Origin: Nitrospirota bacterium
GTDB lineage: Bacteria > Nitrospirota > Thermodesulfovibrionia > Thermodesulfovibrionales > Dissulfurispiraceae
Length of the DNA: 32,000 nucleotides
Assembly (NCBI GenBank): GCA_963851345.1
Contig: CAWKOO010000001.1
Coordinates: 710,118-742,117 of the forward strand
Direction of reading: 5' to 3'
Shown: one piece after another, positions 26,361-32,000 of the stretch
How the letters are laid out: every line of letters begins with the position of its first letter
Position numbering within the stretch: position 1 is the first letter of the stretch
Made by a program: the position numbers and the translations under genes
Notes under the pieces: generated by a model
The model's database searches: none
Seen by the model: the letters and a program-made list of their open reading frames with translations, nothing else
Told to the model about the DNA's origin: nothing

Positions 26361-26382
26361 ACTTGACCTCCTTCCCTTCTAG

Positions 26383-26398
26383 TTAAATTATAATTTAA
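26383..26398. promoter_or_regulatory. perfect 16-bp palindrome containing TATAAT; candidate operator/-10 of the toxin-antitoxin operon
   Basis: The palindrome is ttaaattataatttaa, 23-38 nt upstream of the antitoxin ATG. It reads TATAAT on both strands. Confidence 0.5.
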
Positions 26399-26787
26399 TT
26401 AGGAGGACTCTTTCCATCCATTTTATTCATACGCGGGGACATCATATCGAATTTATGATATCTATCCCACTTAAGTAAAGTGTCGCCGGAATTATCTTAC
26501 ACGAAACAGAATCATATGTAGGCGATATCGAGAATGGCCCTAATAAGGATATTATCGGGGCTTGGCAAATGGTAAAAACACGGCTTTTAAACGCACCACT
26601 ACACCGGCCTTATAGAGGAGGCTATAGTAAGCAAAATCAACCATGTAACAGGCCTTAAAATAAGGCTATTCGATAGATTTCTCCGAAGCAAAGAATTAAA
26701 TACAATGCATATATAGCACGGCATGAATTAAAAAGGTGTTAATCCATTAGCTCAAGGTAGAGGCTCCAGGAAAGGAGGAAATAAATA

Positions 26788-27030
26788 ATGGGCCTCTATA
26801 AACGGGGAAAAGTTTATTGAATGGACTTTATTAATGAGCGGGGAATCCGTGAAAGAGAGACAACGGGAACATCGAACAAAAAACTTGCAGAATCTATTTA
26901 TGCAAAAGCTTTAACCGAGGTCAAGGAAGGTGCATTTATTCATCTGGCAAAGGTGTTTTCAGGGCTTACGCTTGATAAGATCACTTCTGATGCCGTTGAA
27001 TGTGAAGCTCGATCAAAAAACTCCTCCTAA
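26788..27030 (+). pseudogene. truncated tyrosine integrase gene (N-terminal arm-binding part only) with an in-frame TGA
   Basis: AAAGGAGG is followed by an ATG at 26788. The translation MGLYKRGKVY*MDFINERGIRERETTGTSNKKLAESIYAKALTEVKEGAF is colinear with the common integrase N-terminus MGLYKRGKVWW.DF...R.STGTSNKKLAE. The TGA at 26818-26820 sits where a Trp (TGG) is expected. The reading frame ends at 27030, with no catalytic domain. Confidence 0.7.
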
Positions 27031-27332
27031 AGAATTTGAGAATGTAGGGCGCTTCTGGGGGGCTACCCGGAATCTCCTCGTATTCGAGCTTTACAGTGCA
27101 TAGAGCATTATTATAAGCTCTCACGTATGACAAAGCTGATGAGGAGATGGTATAAGGTTTACCTGAGAAAGTTTGGAATAAAGTGGAAATGGAAAGGGCA
27201 GGGATTTACGGCTCTTGACGGGGTGTCATTTGTTAAGCAGCTTTGCCTTGACATGCGCTTATAAGACTGTTGCTAATACAAAATGAAAGCGGTAAACTAA
27301 AAACTAAGTTATATTCCTGAGGAGGTGCTGAG

Positions 27333-27512
27333 ATGGAAACTTTAAAACAGGAAGCTATTAGGGCTATAACAAAATTACCTGAGACGGCAAATATTGACGA
27401 CATAATGTACGAGCTTTATGTAGTTGATAAAATCAAAAAAGGGAGAGAGGCTGTTGATCGCGGCGAATCTGTTTCTGTTGAAGATTTAAAAAGAGAAATG
27501 CAGTCGTGGTAA
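27333..27512 (+). CDS. putative antitoxin (59 aa) of the ParE/RelE module; not in the supplied ORF track
   Basis: GAGGAGG at 27319-27325 is followed by the ATG at 27333. The translation is METLKQEAIRAITKLPETANIDDIMYELYVVDKIKKGREAVDRGESVSVEDLKREMQSW. Its stop overlaps the GTG start of the toxin. Confidence 0.65.
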   Translation: METLKQEAIRAITKLPETANIDDIMYELYVVDKIKKGREAVDRGESVSVEDLKREMQSW

Positions 27513-27817
27513 AGTGGTCAAAGCCTGCCGGGCTCGACTTGAAACAGATTCACGACTACATTGCAAGAGATTCAAAATTCTACGCTCAAAAAGTCTCTAT
27601 GGAGATCATCGAAAAATCTGAAAAGTTAAACTTGTTCCCCGAATTAGGCAGGGTTGTCCCTGAGTTAGGAGACCCTAATATCCGGGAGTTGCTTATATAT
27701 TCATATCGTCTGCTTTACGAAGTATTTCCCGACAAGGTTGAAGTGCTTGCTTTAATACATAGCAAACGCAATTTCATAAAAGACTTTTTAAATGAACAAA
27801 GGCATGAAAAAGGGTGA
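27506..27817 (+). CDS. RelE/ParE-family type II toxin
   Basis: The pattern W...A..DL.QI.DYI...S..YA......I......L..FPELGR...E.....IRELL...YRLLYEV....V.VLALIH..R matches the ParE/RelE plasmid-stabilisation family. Confidence 0.8.
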   Translation: MVKWSKPAGLDLKQIHDYIARDSKFYAQKVSMEIIEKSEKLNLFPELGRVVPELGDPNIRELLIYSYRLLYEVFPDKVEVLALIHSKRNFIKDFLNEQRHEKG

Positions 27818-28023
27818 ATGAGATGAATATTAATTATAATGACAAGACAGACCTTCTTTACATCAGGCTTGACGACAGGGAACAGGATGTCGTCAACAGG
27901 AGGGTTTCTGAGGACATAGTACTGGATATTGGGGAAAACGATAGAATTATCGGCATAGAAATTCTCGACGCTTCACGTAATGTTTCTCTTGACAGGCTAT
28001 TGCCGGTAAAATATGTGGTTTAA
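27814..28023 (+). CDS. DUF2283-family small protein (copy 1)
   Basis: YNDKTDLLYIRL...IVLDIGENDRIIGIEILDAS is the DUF2283 signature. The GTG at 27814 overlaps the ParE stop; an alternative start is the ATG at 27823. Confidence 0.7.
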   Translation: MNEMNINYNDKTDLLYIRLDDREQDVVNRRVSEDIVLDIGENDRIIGIEILDASRNVSLDRLLPVKYVV

Positions 28024-28047
28024 CCCTTCTAAGAGGAGGCAGCCCCA

Positions 28048-28269
28048 ATGGAAGCGATAAAGATACTTGATAAAAAAGAGAACCTTAACTGGGACTATGA
28101 CGAGGAAGCCGACGTCCTCTATATCAGTATCGGCGAGCCGCGGAAGGCTCTCGGTGTTGATATTGGTGAAGGCGAGATCGTGAGGTATATTGAGGCTACT
28201 GGTGAAGTAGTGGGACTCACTTTGATAGGAATAAAAGAAAGGTTGCTTAAGAGTTTGCAATCGAATTAA
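28048..28269 (+). CDS. DUF2283-family small protein (copy 2)
   Basis: AGAGGAGG lies upstream. The signature YDEEADVLYISIG...VVGLTLIG is present. It is a divergent paralog of the preceding gene. Confidence 0.7.
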   Translation: MEAIKILDKKENLNWDYDEEADVLYISIGEPRKALGVDIGEGEIVRYIEATGEVVGLTLIGIKERLLKSLQSN

Positions 28270-28350
28270 TAATATCACTTGCGTATGGTTAATAATGTAT
28301 CATGCAAGGGGTGCGAATTGCCTCTCATTTTACTGAGGTAAATCAAACTA

Positions 28351-28716
28351 ATGAAAAATAAAATTTTTGTATTACTTGTCGGTATGTTAGTTATCATCGG
28401 CTTATCTATTTATCTATTTTTTGCCAAAAGCTTTACTTCTACTAAACTTGCAATTGAGATAAAGGGCACAAAACTTGAAGTAGAGACTTCAAAAATAAGT
28501 GCTTCAGTTGACCAGCTGTTTAAACTTGATCCTAAAGAATTTTATATAGATTCACTGAGAGGCTTTTTTTTCAAAAAAACTCAGAATGGCCATTGGTCAG
28601 AACCTGTGGCAGTTAAGGATAATGAAGCAATAATTAACGAAAAGGACGAACAATATGACAGTTATATGACAGTTCAGGAAAAAAAGGAGCAGGATGCTCA
28701 AGCCGTGGCAGTCTGA
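28351..28716 (+). CDS. hypothetical N-terminally membrane-anchored protein
   Basis: The N-terminal TM helix is IFVLLVGMLVIIGLSIYLFFA. The gene is AT-rich, and I recognise no family. Confidence 0.4.
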   Translation: MKNKIFVLLVGMLVIIGLSIYLFFAKSFTSTKLAIEIKGTKLEVETSKISASVDQLFKLDPKEFYIDSLRGFFFKKTQNGHWSEPVAVKDNEAIINEKDEQYDSYMTVQEKKEQDAQAVAV

Positions 28717-28741
28717 CTTGTTGTCAGGTAAGGGAAAAACT

Positions 28742-28786
28742 TGGTGCCCCCTAGAGGGATCGAACCTCTGGCCCCAGGTTTAGGAA
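28742..28786 (-). tRNA. 3' fragment of tRNA-Arg(CCT), from the anticodon loop to CCA; probable att-site remnant, not a functional tRNA
   Basis: The minus strand reads ttCCTaa (anticodon loop), acctg, gggcc (variable), agagg-ttcgatc-cctct (T arm), agggggc (acceptor 3' strand), a, cca. The 5 nt where the 5' anticodon stem should be (ttaaa, 28787-28791) do not pair. No D arm or 5' acceptor strand follows. Confidence 0.7.
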
Positions 28787-28821
28787 TTAAAAACAATAGA
28801 AAAGGCCTCTACCTTGAATAC

Positions 28822-28868
28822 AAAGGCTTTAATGCCAACTTGATGATTTTAAAGGCATTAAAGCCTTT
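28822..28868. repeat. perfect 15-bp inverted repeat (strong hairpin) next to the tRNA fragment
   Basis: aaaggctttaatgcc (28822-28836) pairs with ggcattaaagccttt (28854-28868), with a 17-nt loop. Confidence 0.6.
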
Positions 28869-29224
28869 CTGTATTTTCTGCCTGTTCCCTTGTTTTCCGG
28901 TTGTTCAGTAGAATTCTGTCACAATTTAGTCACAGTAAATGAATTTTAGAATTTGCGGCATATACTACTTTCGGGTAATTGTTTTTTTGACAGCTTTGTT
29001 ATAGCATAAGTTGTTTTTTTAATTTCATTACTCTCTGATTGGGAGGAGCCTAGTCAAGATCATTGATGACTATGGACAAGAAGTGCTCTCAGGCATATTT
29101 AAGAAGGTCTGAATTGCAAAATTAGAGGAGGAATCGATTCGTTCCGTGAACAACAGGAGAAAAAGCTTCTACGGAGAAAGTGATAACATAACTCACATAA
29201 ATATTTTTATGGGGTGAGGACTAA

Positions 29225-29813
29225 TGTCTAAAAGACTTCCGAAAGGTTGCACTGGATTCTTTGATGTTCAATATGTAACGGCCAGTGAACCCCAGGTTTT
29301 AACCTGGGGGTGAATGGCCGCCCGGAGCGGAGCCCTGTGGCGGAGCGGAGGTGCCTTTTGGCATAATCTGGTATGCCCGGATATTGGACAGGCGCCCATA
29401 CAAAACATCGAATACGCTTGCACTTGGTATGGATACCGAAGTACAGGAAAAGGGTTCTCCGAGGCAAAATAGCCGCAAGAATTAAACAATTGTTGTACGA
29501 GGCGTGCAAAGTAAATAGATGGTTGCTTTCAGAAATGAATGTGCAAGAGGATCATGTGCACATTCTGATTCAGATATGGCCACGAGAAAGTGTAGCTGAT
29601 GTTGTAAAAAGGTTAAAAGGCGGAACCAGCAAGGTGATCAGAGCGGAGTTCCCAGAGTTGGAAGAATTTCTGTGGGGAGACAGCTTCTGGGCAGACGGCT
29701 ATTTTGCCGAAACAGTAGTTAAAGTAGAGGAAGCAATAATGGCTAAATATCATTGCTGTCCAAGATAATCTGACATCATTTTAACCATCCCTGTAAAATA
29801 AGTCTTTTAGACA
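29225..29813 (+). mobile_element. IS200-type (tnpA-only) IS200/IS605-family element
   Basis: A Y1 HUH transposase gene is flanked by tgtctaaaagactt (29225-29238) and its reverse complement aagtcttttagaca (29800-29813); each contains a gtct/agac mini-hairpin. A subterminal hairpin ccccaggtt-tt-aacctgggg lies at 29290-29309. The boundaries are approximate. Confidence 0.6.
29373..29768 (+). CDS. tnpA: IS200/IS605-family Y1 (HUH) transposase TnpA
   Basis: The translation shows HLVWIPKYRKRVL, the HUH motif DHVHILI, LKGGTSKVIR, and FWADGYFAETV with the catalytic Tyr region. Confidence 0.85.
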   Translation: MPGYWTGAHTKHRIRLHLVWIPKYRKRVLRGKIAARIKQLLYEACKVNRWLLSEMNVQEDHVHILIQIWPRESVADVVKRLKGGTSKVIRAEFPELEEFLWGDSFWADGYFAETVVKVEEAIMAKYHCCPR

Positions 29814-29870
29814 GACAAAATCGCCATATCGAGACCAGGTTACCCTTCCATTTTTTTTCAAGCTCATTAT

Positions 29871-31132
29871 GCTGTCCAATTTCAAAAACTCAATGCAATT
29901 TGCTCTGCGTCTCCAATCATAGGCGGAGCCGCATAAGGGTTATCAATCCAATGCCATAAGTCCCTGTACGCAAACAGATTATATCTCAACATTGCAACCA
30001 TATTGCTCAGTGACCACCCAAAGGTTGACCTGAACTTCATATATTTCAGCACCAATATCGCTATCAATGCTGTCCAAATCTGTATCATCAATGCATTCGG
30101 GGTGGTTCCCACAAATGTCTTTATTTTGAGATTCTGTTTGATCGTCTTAAAAAATATTTCAATCTGCCACCTGTCTTTATATATGGCTGCGATAGTAGTA
30201 GCTCCGAAGCCCAAGTGATTTGTCAAAAGGACGATTACCTTATCGTTCTCCTCATCCCATACCTCTATCCGCCGCAGTGCATTAGGACACAGCTTCCTTG
30301 AGTAATACTTCTCAAAAGTGATAAGCTCGTCCCTGAGAATATTTCTGTTCTTGGGCACCATTCTTTGCTCTACTGCTTTGAAATATGCATTGTCTCTCTG
30401 ACGTGTCACAAAGTAAACTCCCTCCTTAGTCCATCTGCCATAAAGCTCATAATCGGTATACCCACGATCCATCACCACAATGGAGCCAGCTGGAAAGAAA
30501 AGTGTTTGGGCAATATTTACTTCATGCACTCTGCCCTCAGTAATATGAGCAAATACCGGTAAATACCCGTCATGATCCAACAGTAAATGCAATTTTACCG
30601 CTCCCTTTGTCGTTTTGTACTTCGCCCAATCGAACAAACTTGTGCAGAGTTGGATCACTGTAGCATCAAGACTGAAAAGTTGATTCCTGAATCTGAATTT
30701 CCTCTTGCCTTCCCCCATTACATGGCACCTGGCTAAAAACCGATAAAATATTTGCTCATACAACTGCCAAGGTCTATGCTCATTTGCATATGACAGTGTT
30801 GATCGATTCGGAGCCGAGGACACACCGAGATGTTGAAGCTTCCCCATGCAGCTGGCCAGTCCTCCACATATCTCTCTTAATGAATGAGCCTGACCCAACT
30901 GACAGAAAAGCATACCAACAAACTGCTGCCAGCACGTAAATCCCTTCGCACCCTTTTCCGATCCAGTATCATGCACCGCTTCGTAAAATTCTCTCTTCGA
31001 AAATAACTGTAGAATCTGCCCAAAAATACTGCTAAACTTATTCATCGGAAGCCTCCTTAACAGATAGTTTTTCTTTCGCAAGATAATTTTACCTGTTTTG
31101 GGGCTTCCGCCCTAAAATTTATTTTGGACAAG
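29871..31132 (-). mobile_element. IS4-family insertion sequence (boundaries tentative)
   Basis: It carries a DDE transposase gene. A weak terminal inverted repeat is centred on tgtccaa (29873-29879) / ttggaca (24-30 nt past 31100, i.e. 31124-31130). Confidence 0.5.
29882..31045 (-). CDS. IS4-family DDE transposase
   Basis: AAGGAGG (rc of 31052-31058) lies upstream of the ATG at 31045 (MNKFSSIFGQ...). The DDE contexts are LFSLDATV and IVVMDRGYTDY. The IS4 signature Y-x2-R-x3-E-x6-K is present in YKDRWQIEIFFKTIK. Confidence 0.88.
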   Translation of the reverse strand: MNKFSSIFGQILQLFSKREFYEAVHDTGSEKGAKGFTCWQQFVGMLFCQLGQAHSLREICGGLASCMGKLQHLGVSSAPNRSTLSYANEHRPWQLYEQIFYRFLARCHVMGEGKRKFRFRNQLFSLDATVIQLCTSLFDWAKYKTTKGAVKLHLLLDHDGYLPVFAHITEGRVHEVNIAQTLFFPAGSIVVMDRGYTDYELYGRWTKEGVYFVTRQRDNAYFKAVEQRMVPKNRNILRDELITFEKYYSRKLCPNALRRIEVWDEENDKVIVLLTNHLGFGATTIAAIYKDRWQIEIFFKTIKQNLKIKTFVGTTPNALMIQIWTALIAILVLKYMKFRSTFGWSLSNMVAMLRYNLFAYRDLWHWIDNPYAAPPMIGDAEQIALSF

Positions 31133-31171
31133 TCTGGCTAAATATATAAAGGAACAAAAATAGCAAAGGGC

Positions 31172-31627
31172 ATGTCAGATTATGCCAGAGGCCTGAAACC
31201 CCGGTCTTTAGACCGGGGAGTGGGTTCATTTGGTATTTTTGAGGCTCATGATTATTTATCGATTTTAGCGAAGGGGCTCAAATATATTATTCCAAGAAAG
31301 GATTGGGATTTTCAGGGGACTCTAAATTACCGACGGAATATTACTCACGATAACCTTTCTCATATGGAGGAAGTTTTCCGCAAGTTCAATTCCGGAAAAA
31401 TGAATGAAGATAATACGGAAACAGCTTGTTTAAGAGATCTTGTCGGATACAACAAGGGGTTAACAAGAAAGCACTGCAAAAGAAGAACTCGAAAAGCCAG
31501 GATAAGCAGGTTGAGGGATTGGACAATATCTCAAATTATACAGTTAAGTCGCGATCGTGAGCAGAAAAAGGGAATAGTCTACTTTAGCGGAACTATTAAG
31601 AAAACTTTCTTAGATCAGGAGGGGTGA
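31172..31627 (+). CDS. hypothetical protein with a basic central segment; true start uncertain
   Basis: The ORF ends inside the RBS of the next gene, so the two are arranged as an operon. The first ~15 codons are encoded by a REP-like hairpin, so the true start may be a downstream Met. I recognise no family. Confidence 0.35.
   Translation: MSDYARGLKPRSLDRGVGSFGIFEAHDYLSILAKGLKYIIPRKDWDFQGTLNYRRNITHDNLSHMEEVFRKFNSGKMNEDNTETACLRDLVGYNKGLTRKHCKRRTRKARISRLRDWTISQIIQLSRDREQKKGIVYFSGTIKKTFLDQEG
31199..31218. repeat. hairpin related to the IS200 subterminal hairpin
   Basis: The hairpin is ccccggtc-ttta-gaccgggg, flanked by tgaaa / agtg. Compare tgaa-ccccaggtt-tt-aacctgggg-gtg at 29286-29312. Confidence 0.45.
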
Positions 31628-31631
31628 ACTC

Positions 31632-32000
31632 ATGTCTCGCGGAAACGTTAGAAGGACATTACATAGGGGTCTTTTTGAAAAACCACGAGTTTTCGAGAAC
31701 AAGAGTTACCATGGAGCGATGGATAGCCTTTTCCCTTTAAGAGCAGAGTTTGAACATTTTCTGAGAGTTGAGCGCGACGAGGAAAGGATTGATTTATCTA
31801 AACGCCTAGTTCTCGCCTTAATTCGAAGCCGGCGCTTTGCCCCACCTCTGAGATTGCTTATGAATGTCCTTAACTATGAAACTAAGGAATTTAGTACTGC
31901 GACTGTGGGCGATACGGGTTACATAGGACAAGATCATTTTGTTCATTTAGTTAACGTGTATCTCCTCGGAATATATATCTATGCATATCATCCGCAAATT
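31632..32000 (+). CDS. N-terminal 123 aa of an unknown protein running off the right edge; possibly the first His of an HD-type phosphohydrolase fold
   Basis: CAGGAGGGG lies 8-9 nt upstream of the ATG at 31632, and the frame is open to 32000. It is absent from the ORF track because there is no stop in the window. The segment GQDHFVHLVNVYLLGIYIY resembles the R.xHSxxV helix that begins HD domains. This is weak evidence. Confidence 0.45.
   Translation, partial: MSRGNVRRTLHRGLFEKPRVFENKSYHGAMDSLFPLRAEFEHFLRVERDEERIDLSKRLVLALIRSRRFAPPLRLLMNVLNYETKEFSTATVGDTGYIGQDHFVHLVNVYLLGIYIYAYHPQI

Noticed and set aside
27248-27280. TTGACA at 27248-27253 as the -35 of the ParE-module promoter
   Set aside because: No convincing -10 lies at 16-18 nt spacing (tgctaa / gctaat only). 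This is too weak to report as a feature.
28770-28779. 10-mer ccccaggttt shared between the tRNA fragment and the IS200 hairpin (29290-29299)
   Set aside because: A single shared 10-mer is expected by chance many times in a 32-kb window. The surrounding sequence does not align.
29228-29509. 93-aa and 73-aa - strand ORFs overlapping the left end of the IS200 element
   Set aside because: They are antisense to the tnpA start and to the hairpin region, and they have no motifs.
1-32000. CRISPR arrays, rRNA genes, intact tRNA genes
   Set aside because: I could find no regularly spaced direct repeats, no rRNA-like conserved blocks and no complete cloverleaf by eye. Only the tRNA 3' fragment at 28742-28786 was found.

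Overview
The window splits into two parts. The left ~25 kb looks like core chromosome. The right ~7 kb is a visibly more AT-rich accessory patchwork.

Core part, left to right:
- the end of a SLOG/TIGR00725-like gene;
- a secreted tandem-repeat Cys-rich protein;
- two translationally coupled sensor kinases (a five-PAS HisKA_2 kinase followed by a REC-PAS-HisKA_3 hybrid);
- a DsrC/TusE-like gene that lacks the C-terminal Cys;
- a pentose-phosphate operon, tkt-tal-zwf-pgl, with no gnd in the window;
- glgA and an MCP;
- a HIT gene split by a homopolymer frameshift;
- a tightly coupled hopanoid operon on the minus strand: hpnJ, hpnK, a small DMT/EamA protein, shc, hpnA, hpnH, then a ~180-bp palindromic MITE-like element and a CruF/DUF422-like membrane protein;
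- a divergent MlaA/VacJ gene.

Next comes a small orphan ORF, then a 539-nt ORF-free, strongly self-complementary stretch (a candidate unclassified structured RNA), then a PHP phosphoesterase.

The accessory part holds:
- a DUF2281-MazF toxin-antitoxin pair with a palindromic operator;
- an integrase pseudogene;
- a ParE/RelE module plus two tandem DUF2283 genes;
- a 3' fragment of tRNA-Arg(CCT), likely an att scar;
- an IS200-type tnpA element and an IS4-family IS;
- a two-gene operon of unknown function that runs off the right edge.

I saw no CRISPR array, no rRNA and no intact tRNA. All functional calls come from reading the translated motifs by eye; no database search was possible.
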